This document shows, in pieces, positions 18,376-28,543 of a stretch of DNA of 64,000 nucleotides (the stretch's first letter is position 1; every line of letters starts with the position of its first letter). The notes below the pieces were generated by a model. That model searched no databases. It was given only the letters and a program-made list of their open reading frames with translations, and was not told the origin of the DNA. Made by a program: the position numbers and the translations under genes. This DNA is from Candidatus Poribacteria bacterium (GTDB taxonomy: Bacteria > Poribacteria > WGA-4E > JAJDTR01): NCBI GenBank assembly GCA_965222225.1, contig CBDCTK010000002.1:4218126-4282125 (forward strand), written 5' to 3'.

Positions 18376-18604
18376 AAGCCCCGCTGAAAATCCCCATACT
18401 ATAATCGTACAGTTTTCGATTCAAGTCAAGCAAACAATCAAGTTTGGACTGCCTCCGACCTTGACAACGGAGACGAAATCGTGCGAGCCACCTTGGGAAG
18501 GTTTAGTATCAAACGCATTTTGTCAACGGCTGTGTCCTTTGATTCGTTAGGACTTGTATTCGGATACACAAAGAGAACGTCAAAGGTAAACTAGGAGGAA
18601 CGAA

Positions 18605-19018
18605 ATGAGAATTGTAGCAATCTTAATGTTGGTGTTATTGACAGCTTGCGCCGAGATATACGAGGAGTTTAGGGAACATGAAGAAAATGACAAACATGAA
18701 GAACACACTGAAATCTTGACCCTAGGTCCCTACACGATGCAGTGCTACGGGCCATTTGAGCAAGACTGCTTTATGGAGTACAACGAGGAAGCGGGACGCT
18801 GGCACTTTTTCTACGACGGTATTGAAGGCTTCCACTTTGAACCGGGGTACATCTATACGCTTGAGGTTAGGTTGGAGGACCGCGGCACCGAGATTCAGGA
18901 TGTGGGACGCTATTCGTATCACCTGATAAAGATAGTGGATAAGGTAAAAGCGCCAGATGACTTTGATTACGCGAAAAACGAGAAACCCCAACTTTCAGAT
19001 CTTGAATCTGGTGCATGA
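18605..19018 (+). CDS. Small secreted lipoprotein, paralog 1.
   Basis: Signal peptide with lipobox MRIVAILMLVLLTAC. The conserved core is LTLGPYTMQCYGPFEQDCFMEYNEE..RWHFFYD.I.GF.FEPGYIYTLEV.LEDRGTEIQDVGRYSYHL.KIVDKVK.PDDFDYAKNEKP. Confidence 0.5.
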   Translation: MRIVAILMLVLLTACAEIYEEFREHEENDKHEEHTEILTLGPYTMQCYGPFEQDCFMEYNEEAGRWHFFYDGIEGFHFEPGYIYTLEVRLEDRGTEIQDVGRYSYHLIKIVDKVKAPDDFDYAKNEKPQLSDLESGA

Positions 19019-19099
19019 GAATAGGTGTGATAAGACTTACACAAATGCAACCCATCCCGTGAATATGATTCGTCACAGGTAGATTTAGGAGAGGCGAAA

Positions 19100-19441
19100 A
19101 TGAGATTCGTAATATTCGTTGTATTGGCGCTATTGGTGGCTTGCGGCGAAGAGCACACCGAGGTCCTAACGCTTGGTCCCTATACCAAGCGGTGCGTTGG
19201 GGCTTTTGAGCAAGACTGTTTTATGGAATACAACGAGGAAGCGCAACGCTGGCACTTTTTCTACGATGTTATTCAAGGCTTCGACTTTGAGCCGGGGTAC
19301 ATCTATACGCTTGAGGTTGGGTTGGAGGATCGTGGCACCGAGATACAGGATGTCGGACGGTATTCGTATCACCTTACAAAGATAGTGGATAAAGTGAAAT
19401 CTCCTGATGATTTTGACTACGCAAAGAACGAGAAGCCTTAA
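19100..19441 (+). CDS. Small secreted lipoprotein, paralog 2, a tandem duplicate of the gene at 18605.
   Basis: MRFVIFVVLALLVAC lipobox. It is about 80% identical to paralog 1 over the core. Confidence 0.5.
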   Translation: MRFVIFVVLALLVACGEEHTEVLTLGPYTKRCVGAFEQDCFMEYNEEAQRWHFFYDVIQGFDFEPGYIYTLEVGLEDRGTEIQDVGRYSYHLTKIVDKVKSPDDFDYAKNEKP

Positions 19442-19564
19442 TTCTCAGGACTTGAATGTTGTGTACGCGAACAAATGTGATAGGACGTACACAATTGAGC
19501 CCTCAAATCCGTCTAACTCGGAGATTTCACCGTAGGGATAAGGAGGATTTCAATCGCGGGGGAT

Positions 19565-19695
19565 TTACTATCGCCTTAGTATCCGCACAGTTAATTCTAT
19601 CCGGTCGCTCAACATTCACTCGCCTCAGCCTGCTGTGGGGCTTTCTGCAGGAAATGGTGGGCGGTGCCCACCCTACAAATATACTACAGCTCCTA
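19565..19695. repeat. Copy of the dispersed repeat with terminal hairpin ggtgggcggtgcccacc followed by ctacaaatatac.
   Basis: Shares the ...gctgtggggcttt...ggtgggcggtgcccaccctacaaat module. Confidence 0.55.
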
Positions 19696-19730
19696 AAATG
19701 TCGCGGTTTAGAAAAAGTTTGCAAAAAGAA

Positions 19731-19759
19731 TTGACAATCCCTTGACCATAAGATATAAT
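19731..19759 (+). promoter_or_regulatory. Consensus sigma-70 promoter: TTGACA, 17-nt spacer, TATAAT.
   Basis: ttgacaATCCCTTGACCATAAGAtataat is an exact -35/-10 match with optimal spacing. No ORF of 60 aa or more lies downstream, and the transcript would run antisense into bfr. Confidence 0.4.
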
Positions 19760-20090
19760 AGCGCGCAACACGCGTGGCTGGCTTGAGACTGAGTCTCAGA
19801 GTCAATAACTAGTGGTATATAATAGCATCGGGATTTAATTTGAGAATGCATGATACTGAGTCTCAATATCATATTTTGCAGCCGCGTGACGGTCAAAACC
19901 GAATTCATCCGCAATAATATTTTTAACCTGTAGATTCTAGGCATCCAATCCTTGCACGTCACTTGATTGGTTCACTTGCGGCAAAGCGTTATATAATACG
20001 TTTTGGGTTGAAACATATCTCTAGACCTCTTCGTTAATCGCATTGCCATCTGTGTATTCGGTGCAAAGTAAATTAGGCGTTCTCTTCGTC

Positions 20091-20564
20091 TTATTCGGCG
20101 TCAATCTGTTGCGCGAGGTAGTTTTCAATGCCCATCTGGCTAATTTGGTCCAGTTGTGCCTCAATCCAGTCAACGTGTTCCTCCTCCTCTCGGAGAATTT
20201 CTTCAAACAGTTCCTCCGTGCCAAAGTCCTTCAGGGTATGCGCAAGTTGAATCAATTCGTTCAACCGTTCAATAGCTTCCTTCTCAAGGGCGCAATCGTT
20301 ATCCATCATCTCCTTAACGGTTTTGCCAATCTTGATTTCAAAGTATCGTGCCATGTTCGGCAAACCATCCAGGTAGAGAACTCGCGCTATCAATTTTTCA
20401 GCGTGCCTCATTTCTCCGATGGAATGTTCTCGAATCGCGGCGTGCAGGCGCTCATAACCCCAATTTTCGCACATTTCCGAATGAGCGAAATATTGGTTGA
20501 TTGCGGTTAGCTCAGAGGTCAGTATTTCGTTGAGTGCTTCAATGATGTCGGGATGGCCGTACAA
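20091..20564 (-). CDS. bfr: Bacterioferritin.
   Basis: MYGHPDIIEALNEILTSELTAINQYFAHSEMCENWGYERLHAAIREHSIGEMRHAEKLIARVLYLDGLPN. This is the ferritin-like di-iron fold with the heme-ligand Met region. Length 157 aa. Confidence 0.8.
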   Translation of the reverse strand: MYGHPDIIEALNEILTSELTAINQYFAHSEMCENWGYERLHAAIREHSIGEMRHAEKLIARVLYLDGLPNMARYFEIKIGKTVKEMMDNDCALEKEAIERLNELIQLAHTLKDFGTEELFEEILREEEEHVDWIEAQLDQISQMGIENYLAQQIDAE

Positions 20565-20782
20565 TTTGGTCTCCTCTTCGGTTTGGTATAAATTAGATTT
20601 AATGTAAAGCTTGTAAGACTACGAACACAGTTAAAGCATAGTTTAGAAACGTGGGCGATGTCAAGCAAAAGTGAGGGAGGTAAGAATTCTGTACACTCGA
20701 CCTAGACCGGCCAAGGGAAAGTAATTTCGGGATTTTGATTCCTCTTGTGTCCGAATCGAGTGGAATTCCCAGACATAGTTAT

Positions 20783-21223
20783 ATGCCTTTACAAATCCAA
20801 ACAGCATCGGTGAATCGAGAAGAATCTCGATTCGTAAAAGCGACAGAGACCAACAACGTGACCCCGGGAAGTAGTGTCGCCGTAAAGTTGGAAGGTAATT
20901 TCATTGGAATACACAATGTTGATGGCGAGTACTACGCTATCGATAATATCTGCCCTCACGTGGGCGGCGTTTTGCACGCGGGCAAACAGGAAGGCGGTGT
21001 TATTGTTTGTCCAATCCATGAGTGGAAATTTGATGTGAAAACAGGGAAATGCATCTGGCCCGGCGAATGTGAATTGGCTACCTATCCTTTGAAGGTAAGC
21101 GGAGGTGATATCTTGGTTGACGTGGATTCACCAAGTACCCCGCAGAAACGTAGTCGTCTTCGCGCGTGTTCAACTAATACCAATGACCAATCGAAATCAA
21201 GCGAATGGAGGATACAGAGTTGA
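20783..21223 (+). CDS. Rieske [2Fe-2S] domain protein.
   Basis: CPHVGGVLHAG...CPIHEWKF is the CxH...CxxH Rieske motif. Its stop overlaps the start of the downstream fbpA-like gene. Confidence 0.6.
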   Translation: MPLQIQTASVNREESRFVKATETNNVTPGSSVAVKLEGNFIGIHNVDGEYYAIDNICPHVGGVLHAGKQEGGVIVCPIHEWKFDVKTGKCIWPGECELATYPLKVSGGDILVDVDSPSTPQKRSRLRACSTNTNDQSKSSEWRIQS

Positions 21224-22221
21224 AATTCCTCGTGCTGGCAATCAGTATTCTAACGGTTGTGGCGACGTGCGGTGCCGTAGACGCAAAAGAACTGGTTCTC
21301 TATTCCGGTAGAAGCAAGAGTCTGGTTGAACCGATAATTAAGCAATTTGAGAATGAGACGCAAATTAAGGTGAAGGTGCGTTACGGCGGCACAGCGGAGC
21401 TTGCAGTTGCATTGTTGGAGGAGGGGGAGAATAGTCCCGCCGATCTCTTCTGGGCTCAAGATGCGGGGGCGCTCGGTGCAATCAGTAAGCGTGGTCTATT
21501 TCAACAACTGCCTGACACAATCCCTTCGAAAGTGCCTGAAAAATTCCGCGATTCGGGAGGAATGTGGGTGGCTACCAGCGGACGTGCTCGTGTCATCGCA
21601 TACTCCTCCGACCAGATTAAAGCTGAGGACGTGCCCGACAGCATCTTTGAGTTGACGGATTCAAAATGGCAGGGACGGGTTGGATGGGCACCGCAGAACG
21701 CTTCGTTCCAGGCATTTGTGACGGCGATGCGCGTTGGAATCGGGGAGGAAAAGACCGAGGAATGGCTGCGTGGAATGAAGGCGAACAAAACAAAAGGTTA
21801 TGCCAAGAATACTCCGATCATCAAAGCGCTCGCAGCGGGCGAGATCGATCTGGGTCTGCCGAATCATTACTACCTGTTGCGATTCAAGAAAACCGATTCC
21901 GAGTTCCCGGTCGAACAAGCTTTCTTTAAACCCGACGACCCGGGAAATCTCGTCAATATCTCAGGCATCGGACATCTAAAAACCAGCCAAAACTCCGAAG
22001 AAGCTCTCGCCCTGATCCAATTCTTGCTCTCTTCCCAAGCACAACAGTTTTTCGTCAGTGAAGTCTTTGAGTATCCTATAACCAATAACGCAGTTCCAAA
22101 TCCAAACCCGAAGCTAGTGCCGCTTGCAGAACTACTGGAGCGGACACCGAAAATCAATCTTGGAGACTTGGACGATCTTGACGGCACCCTCAAACTTCTA
22201 AGGAAGGTGGGAATCTTGTGA
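21205..22221 (+). CDS. Iron(III) ABC transporter periplasmic substrate-binding protein (FbpA/AfuA-like).
   Basis: N-terminal signal peptide. Solute-binding family 1 features. Operon with a two-domain permease and a PotA/FbpC-type ATPase. Confidence 0.65.
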   Translation: MEDTELKFLVLAISILTVVATCGAVDAKELVLYSGRSKSLVEPIIKQFENETQIKVKVRYGGTAELAVALLEEGENSPADLFWAQDAGALGAISKRGLFQQLPDTIPSKVPEKFRDSGGMWVATSGRARVIAYSSDQIKAEDVPDSIFELTDSKWQGRVGWAPQNASFQAFVTAMRVGIGEEKTEEWLRGMKANKTKGYAKNTPIIKALAAGEIDLGLPNHYYLLRFKKTDSEFPVEQAFFKPDDPGNLVNISGIGHLKTSQNSEEALALIQFLLSSQAQQFFVSEVFEYPITNNAVPNPNPKLVPLAELLERTPKINLGDLDDLDGTLKLLRKVGIL

Positions 22222-23801
22222 CATTTCACAAGATTGGTCGGGTTCTACAGTGGTTCTTCTTCCTCCTCCCGACGTTTATTGTTAGCTTGAGTGTGCTCGT
22301 GTCTTTAGCGTACCTTGTTTTACGGGCCGCTGAGGCAGACAGTGCGGAGTTGATCGAGGTTGTTTTTCGATCAAGAACTCTTTTCCTCTTTGGCAACACA
22401 GTGTTGCTCGTCGTCGGTGTTGTCGTCGCTGACATCGCTTTGGCATTGCCTTTCGCTTGGATCACCAGCCACACGAATGTTAAGGCTAAGCGTTTCTTTA
22501 CGCTGATGGGTGTGTTGCCGCTGGCAATTCCCAGTTACGTGATGGCATACGCTATTCTGGGTTTGGGCGGCAAAGACGGGGCATTTGCTCAACTGTTCGG
22601 TATAAGCCTCCCTCGGTTGAGTGGATATTGGGGGGCATTGACCGCACTTAGTTTTTATACATTCCCTTACTTTTTTCTAAATATACGTTCAGCATTGATC
22701 GGAGTCGATCCGGCGCTTGAGGAATCTGCCCGCAGTCTCGGCTATCGGCGGCGGGAAGTGTTGTATTACGTCCTTATCCCCCAGCTACGCCCGGCGCTCT
22801 ACGCTAGCGGACTGGTCGTCGGACTACACGTATTGGGTAATTTCGGGGTTGTCTCGCTAATGCGGTATGAAACATTTAGTTTCGCAATCTACTTGCAATT
22901 AGCCTCTTTCGATCGCATTTACGCGGCATGGCTCGCGCTGATGCTCCTCGTTTTTGCCGGATGCCTGGTCTATGTCGAAGCACGACTATTGCGAGGCAAG
23001 AGTTTTCATCGGGCGGGAATTGGTAGCATTCATCAAAGAAACCTCATCCCACTCAAAGGATGGGGACAACTCTCTTACCTCTATCTCGGCGTTTTGATAT
23101 TCAGCTGTATCGCGGTTCCAACTATTACGATAGTATTATGGATGATCAGGGGACTTGATTCGGTGTCTATGGAAAACCTCGTTAAAGCGGTGATTGGCTC
23201 CCTTGGGGCTGCTGTACCAGCCGCTTTTCTGAGTACTAGCCTTATGCTACCGCTAGTGTACTTGGGAGTTCGTCGTCCTTCCGCTTTGTCTCGACTGTTG
23301 GAGCGCCTCGCCTACATCGGCTATGCCATACCGCCGTTGGCATTCGGGCTGTCTTTGATTTTCTTCGTACAGCGGGTAATTCCCGGTCTCTATCAAACGT
23401 TATGGCTTCTAGTTTATGGTTACACGTTACATTTCATGGCTGAAGCAATCGGTCCCGCACGCAGCACCATTTATCAAGCTTCGACCAACATTGAGGAAGC
23501 GGCGCGTTCCCTCGGTTTTTCGAGGCTAAAGGCCTTTTACAAAGTGACCATTCCCATACTTATCCGAGGGCTGACCATAAGCACTGCTTTTGTATTTCTC
23601 TCCGCTATGAAAGAACTTCCAATTGCCTTCTTACTCCGCCCTATAGGATATGAGACGTTAGCGTTGAATGTCTGGAGCAACACCTCCGAAGCCTTTTTTG
23701 CCGAAGCGGCTCCATACGCTCTACTTATGATAATCTTCGCCGGGCTATTTGTTGGACTCCTGCTTGTTCGGGAAAGGAGCGTGCATGAACTGCCTGCTTA
23801 A
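22218..23801 (+). CDS. Iron(III) ABC transporter permease with duplicated transmembrane domains (FbpB-like).
   Basis: 527 aa and highly hydrophobic, with two permease repeats. Its start overlaps the upstream stop. Confidence 0.7.
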   Translation: MTFHKIGRVLQWFFFLLPTFIVSLSVLVSLAYLVLRAAEADSAELIEVVFRSRTLFLFGNTVLLVVGVVVADIALALPFAWITSHTNVKAKRFFTLMGVLPLAIPSYVMAYAILGLGGKDGAFAQLFGISLPRLSGYWGALTALSFYTFPYFFLNIRSALIGVDPALEESARSLGYRRREVLYYVLIPQLRPALYASGLVVGLHVLGNFGVVSLMRYETFSFAIYLQLASFDRIYAAWLALMLLVFAGCLVYVEARLLRGKSFHRAGIGSIHQRNLIPLKGWGQLSYLYLGVLIFSCIAVPTITIVLWMIRGLDSVSMENLVKAVIGSLGAAVPAAFLSTSLMLPLVYLGVRRPSALSRLLERLAYIGYAIPPLAFGLSLIFFVQRVIPGLYQTLWLLVYGYTLHFMAEAIGPARSTIYQASTNIEEAARSLGFSRLKAFYKVTIPILIRGLTISTAFVFLSAMKELPIAFLLRPIGYETLALNVWSNTSEAFFAEAAPYALLMIIFAGLFVGLLLVRERSVHELPA

Positions 23802-24828
23802 CCTTCACAACGTGACCAAGCATTTCTCACCACTTCCAGCGCCGGTGGTGGATGATGTTAGCTTCGAGATGAACGCCGGCGAGATTTTTGCCTTATTGGG
23901 ACCTAGTGGGTGTGGCAAAACGACGACCTTGCGCCTAATTGCGGGATTCGAGCGATCCGATTCAGGAGAAATTCACGTAGAAGACAGATGCATCGAAAGC
24001 CTGTCAATCCATGCACCACCCGAGTCGCGCGAGATCGGCTTCGTTTTTCAGGACTATGCGCTTTTTCCGCATCTAAATGTTTTGGACAATGTCGCGTTCG
24101 GTTTGAAGAAATTACCCCCGAAAGCTCGATTCGATCGGGCGTTGGAAGTGCTGGAGATGGTAGAACTTGCCGAATTCCGAGGCCGAACGCCTCACGACCT
24201 CTCCGGCGGCGAACAGCAACGCGTCGCATTGGCTCGTTCCATCGCTCCAAGCCCCAAACTCATTCTTCTGGACGAACCGTTTTCCAATCTTGACGCCGGG
24301 TTACGTCAAGCCACCCGCAAAGAGGTGCGACAACTGCTTAAAGATGCCGGGATGAGCGCCATGTTGGTCACACATGATCGGGAGGAAGCTCTCAGTTTTG
24401 CCGATCGCGTTGCTGTCATGGAAAACGGTAGAATTGAACAGACGGGGGCACCCGAAGCCATGTATAATCGACCCAAAACCCCGTTTGTGGCAGAATTCCT
24501 CGGTAAGACAAATCTCGTTTCGGGCGCCGCTCGTGGAGACTGTGCCGAAACCGATTTAGGTAAATTCAAACTTGATTGTCACGCTCAAGGTAGGGTGTTG
24601 CTCTCAATAAGACCGGAACATTTGACAATGATTCACGCTACCGCAGGCGAAAAGAATGCCAAATTGGGCAAAATCGTCGAGCGTGAATTCAAGGGGCACG
24701 ACCTCACCTATCGGGTGCAGGTCGAAGGCAGAGACTACTTCGTGCAGACCGATTACCGCTGCCCATACCAAATCGGAGATTGGGTACAACTCAAGGCAGT
24801 TGAACCTGGGGTGGTGCTCAATGAATAG
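23785..24828 (+). CDS. ABC transporter ATP-binding protein of the FbpC/PotA type.
   Basis: Walker A GPSGCGKTT, signature LSGGEQQRVALAR, Walker B LILLDEP, and a C-terminal TOBE-like domain. ATG at 23785 follows GGAAAGGAG. Confidence 0.75.
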   Translation: MNCLLNLHNVTKHFSPLPAPVVDDVSFEMNAGEIFALLGPSGCGKTTTLRLIAGFERSDSGEIHVEDRCIESLSIHAPPESREIGFVFQDYALFPHLNVLDNVAFGLKKLPPKARFDRALEVLEMVELAEFRGRTPHDLSGGEQQRVALARSIAPSPKLILLDEPFSNLDAGLRQATRKEVRQLLKDAGMSAMLVTHDREEALSFADRVAVMENGRIEQTGAPEAMYNRPKTPFVAEFLGKTNLVSGAARGDCAETDLGKFKLDCHAQGRVLLSIRPEHLTMIHATAGEKNAKLGKIVEREFKGHDLTYRVQVEGRDYFVQTDYRCPYQIGDWVQLKAVEPGVVLNE

Positions 24829-24890
24829 AGTTCAGACCTCAAGTGATTAAGCGAGCAAATGGATTGACCGAGATCGATTTAGCTGATAAT

Positions 24891-25020
24891 GAGGGATCAA
24901 CCGAACGATGAACTGAGTGGATAACGAAGTCGATAGTAAGTCCTATAGTGAGGGATCAAGGGAACGAACAGTGACCGCGATAGAGCTCCCATAGAGATCC
25001 CTTAATCCGCGATTCAGACA
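24891..25020. repeat. Inverted-orientation copy of the dispersed modular repeat.
   Basis: Its reverse complement reads tgtctgaatcgcggattaagggatctctatgggagctctatcgcggtcac...cccttgatccctc. Confidence 0.6.
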
Positions 25021-25341
25021 AGTACCAAAATACCCCTGCCTTATACATTATTCTTTTAGCGAATAAACCACTTGAATTTAGACCCTGTTTGAAGAACCAT
25101 TTTCCTCTATGAAAGCAGCATTAATTGGAGAATGAAATTGCTTTGTCTGGCAACTTTGGTTTCATACCTAAATTTCATACCAACACCCCTTTGACGTTAA
25201 TGTCGAAATTGCCCAAAAGCCGCTGATAACAAGAGTTCTCACCTTTTCTTGGACGCTATCGAAACCCTCATTTGGTATGAAAAATATGAAAAGTATGAAA
25301 GTTCTTAGCATTATCAAGCGACGTTCTTTAGGTTCAACTTA

Positions 25342-26235
25342 TTAATATATTTCGGGCACGTACGTCTGATCGGATCTGGGAGGGCGGATATAATGTTGGT
25401 CGGACTGAAGGGGTGGAAGTTCCATCGGTTGAAGCCGTAAATCCTCGTACGGAATTTGTCTTAACAGGTGGGCAATACAGTTCAAGCGTGCCCGGCGTTT
25501 ATCGTGAGATTCAACCACGAACCATGGAGCTTGTTTAATATCTGTATACTTGAACATGTCATCTTTCGCCCTTGAATAGTCAACCCACCTCTTGCGCGCC
25601 TCCAAATCCATCTTGCTAATTTTCCACCGCTTGCTCGGATTTTCAATCCGAGCCTGAAAGCGGTGCGCCTGTTCCTCGAAATCCACGGATAACCAATACT
25701 TAATCAGGACAATACCTGAACGCACCAGCATCCGTTCGAACTCCGGACACGAACGCAGGAATTCTTGATACTCTTCATCGGTACAGAAATTCATTACGCG
25801 TTCAACACCAGCTCGGTTGTACCAGCTCCGGTCGAACAGTACCATCTCTCCAGATGCTGGAAGATGGGCGACGTATCGTTGGAAGTACCACTGGTTTTTT
25901 TCGCGTTCCGTTGGTGTCCCTAACGCGACGACTCGACAGATACGGGGATTCAAAGCTTCGGTAATCCGCTTGATTGTGCCTCCCTTTCCCGCGGTGTCGC
26001 GTCCTTCAAAGATTACGACAACTTTCAACCCCTTGTGCTTGATGTGTTCCTGCAACTTAATTAACTCAAGCTGAAGCCGCGCTAACTCTTTTTCATAGAA
26101 TTTTCGCTTTAGCGCCTTTTCTTTCTGGGCGGGATTCTCTCCTACTATGTGAGTTTCCTCGTTTGCAACCTGTTGGCTATCCTTCATCTCGGAGTTCTGC
26201 TCCTTATGCGAACAGGATTTCTTCTTTTTCGCCAT
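25342..26235 (-). CDS. ppk2: Polyphosphate kinase 2 family protein.
   Basis: VVIFEGRDTAGKGGTIKRITEALNPR (Walker A) and FDRSWYNRAGVERVMNF (PPK2 lid) motifs. Confidence 0.75.
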   Translation of the reverse strand: MAKKKKSCSHKEQNSEMKDSQQVANEETHIVGENPAQKEKALKRKFYEKELARLQLELIKLQEHIKHKGLKVVVIFEGRDTAGKGGTIKRITEALNPRICRVVALGTPTEREKNQWYFQRYVAHLPASGEMVLFDRSWYNRAGVERVMNFCTDEEYQEFLRSCPEFERMLVRSGIVLIKYWLSVDFEEQAHRFQARIENPSKRWKISKMDLEARKRWVDYSRAKDDMFKYTDIKQAPWFVVESHDKRRARLNCIAHLLRQIPYEDLRLQPMELPPLQSDQHYIRPPRSDQTYVPEIY

Positions 26236-26815
26236 AATCTCCTCCTCTTTATCTTGACCCAACTCAATTAAAATGGGACGCATGCACTGAAAATTCTGGA
26301 GAACGAAAAGCTAACGTCGTAGCCGTCCAAGTAGCAATCCTTATCTCAAAGATCCCGTTTCAGCCTCTCTGTGTACTGCCATCTTGATTTTAGTCCAAGC
26401 TGAACTTGATTGGTTGAGCACGACAATTGCTTTGGCATTCTTCCGATAGTCTTGGCAGGTGTCGTATACGAGTCGCAGCATGTCCGAAGAATCGGAATCG
26501 AGATAGCAATCACCAAGTTTTTCCATAATTATTATATCGTCCTCAGAATTATCCATCAGCTCTGCCAAAGACTTTTGATCCATGCCGATTAGCTTTGATC
26601 CGAATTACGCCATGTCGTTACCGGACAAGATATCACGTTTTGATTTCATTGTACAACCTCAATTAACACATATACCAAGCATTTCGGCTTAATGGAAGCT
26701 GCCAAAAACAACTCGACGGATAAAGTCTTAGATACGCGCTCTGAAATCCCCCCACAGCGTTGACAGGAATCCCGCAGACATGTAAAATCGTGTCGATTCA
26801 ACCCAAAAGACACCT

Positions 26816-27709
26816 ATGACACTTTTAACTATCATTCTGGTTCTTTTCTCCGCCTTCATTCATGCCCTTTGGAATTACTATGCAAAATCCAGTAAATCTA
26901 CCCAGATTTTCTTCTTTTGGATTGGTATCTTCACACTCTTTTTGACACTCGCAGCGTTCGCGATTCGATCGCCTATTATCCCTTCACAAGTTTGGGTGTA
27001 TGTTATTACATCCGGTCTAGTCCACTTCGGTTACTGGTTCTCCTTGAGTCGCGCCTACATGCTGGGTGAGATCTCGTTTGTTTATCCAATCGCGCGCTCG
27101 GCGCCCGCGTTTGTTCCGCTCTTAGCGTTCCTGTTCTTGGACGAATCAATTTCCACACGGGGACTGGTGGGTATCTTCTGTGTGGTGTTGGCAATCTATC
27201 TTTTCCAGCAACGGGGAAATAAAATTATGCTCAAATCAATCCTTCAATATGCACGGAAACCAGATTCAATCTGGGCATTTTCGACACTTGGCACGGTCAT
27301 AGCATACTCCTTGATTGATAAGCAAGGAATGACGGTATTCCACGCATATTCCAATAAATCGGCTATTTGGGACGCGATGACCTATTATCTTGCCGAGGGA
27401 TGTATTGCGCTGGTGTTGTACAATACCTACATTTTTCTTCAGTTTCGATGGAGACAAATTGCTGAAATTGGACGACGAGAATGGAAGCAAGTGATTACGG
27501 CGGCTACATTGGCGATGGTCTCGTACACACTGATTCTTTACCTCCTGATGACCGAAAAGGTCAGTTACATCGTTGCGCTTCGACAATGCTCTGTAATCTT
27601 TGCGGTGCTTCTCGGCAGTTACAAGTTACACGAGTCCGGTTTAAGGCTACGGTTAGCTGGGGCAGCCCTGATAGTGTTTGGAATGTTTCTAATTTCGATG
27701 GCGGGATAG
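26816..27709 (+). CDS. EamA/DMT-superfamily transporter.
   Basis: 297 aa, about 10 TM segments, with an internal duplication pattern. Confidence 0.5.
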   Translation: MTLLTIILVLFSAFIHALWNYYAKSSKSTQIFFFWIGIFTLFLTLAAFAIRSPIIPSQVWVYVITSGLVHFGYWFSLSRAYMLGEISFVYPIARSAPAFVPLLAFLFLDESISTRGLVGIFCVVLAIYLFQQRGNKIMLKSILQYARKPDSIWAFSTLGTVIAYSLIDKQGMTVFHAYSNKSAIWDAMTYYLAEGCIALVLYNTYIFLQFRWRQIAEIGRREWKQVITAATLAMVSYTLILYLLMTEKVSYIVALRQCSVIFAVLLGSYKLHESGLRLRLAGAALIVFGMFLISMAG

Positions 27710-27775
27710 AGAAAAAGAATTTAAACAAACGAGACAACCGATTGTTGATTTACCGTGAATCTGTTCTGCCATTTT

Positions 27776-28543
27776 CTAAACAGAGTCCTCGTCCGATGTA
27801 TCGGTTGGGGTAGCCGGTTCATCACCTTCTTCATCCGTTCTGTCGGGAGTTGTGACTTGCAGAAACAAATCCTCTAAGTTCATCTCAATCTCCGCTATAC
27901 TATCGGAAAATGCCAAGCCGCCTTCCGCCAAGATTATGACGTGACTGCAAATGGGAGCAACCTCCCCAGGTCGGTTCGTGGTGGTTACAATCGTTTTTTC
28001 CATTGCGGAAAGTTCTTGTATCAGCGTACTCAGCTCGTTCCGTCCACGCACGTCCAATCCGGAAAAAGGCTCATCAAACAACCAGATTTCCGGGTCATGT
28101 AGAAATGTTTTGGCAAGGCAAAGCCGCCGTTTCTCGCCTTGAGAAAGAGATGCAATCTTCCGATGGGCTATCGCAGCAATGTCCATTAGATTCAACACGT
28201 CTTCAATTGCGGTGGCGCGTCCGCTTTTGTCCAATTTGTACGCGGCGGCAAAAAAATCAAGGTATTCAACAATCGAAAGGTGTGGATAACCATCGAATGT
28301 TTCCGGAACATAGCCTATAAGAGGCCTGACCTCGCGTAGATTCGTAAATGCATCATGTCCGGCAATATTGACCGTTCCGCTAGTCGGTTCAGTTAAGGTC
28401 GCCAAAATTCTGAGTAGTAACGATTTGCCCGATCCGTTTGCGCCGAGAAGAGCAAGACTCTCGCCCGATTCCACACGGAACGTTAGGTCGGCGAAAATTA
28501 CGTTTCCTTCTACTGATTTGGATAAATTCTGGACTTCAATCAC
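27776..28543 (-). CDS. ABC transporter ATP-binding protein with no adjacent permease.
   Basis: GANGSGKSLLL Walker A, LSQGEKRRLCLA signature, and LFDEPFSGLD Walker B. Confidence 0.65.
   Translation of the reverse strand: MIEVQNLSKSVEGNVIFADLTFRVESGESLALLGANGSGKSLLLRILATLTEPTSGTVNIAGHDAFTNLREVRPLIGYVPETFDGYPHLSIVEYLDFFAAAYKLDKSGRATAIEDVLNLMDIAAIAHRKIASLSQGEKRRLCLAKTFLHDPEIWLFDEPFSGLDVRGRNELSTLIQELSAMEKTIVTTTNRPGEVAPICSHVIILAEGGLAFSDSIAEIEMNLEDLFLQVTTPDRTDEEGDEPATPTDTSDEDSV

Noticed and set aside
20043-20510. 155-aa plus-strand ORF.
   Set aside because: It is antisense to the well-supported bacterioferritin gene.
26341-26583. 80-aa acidic minus-strand ORF downstream of PPK2.
   Set aside because: It has no recognisable motif and there is too little evidence to call a gene.
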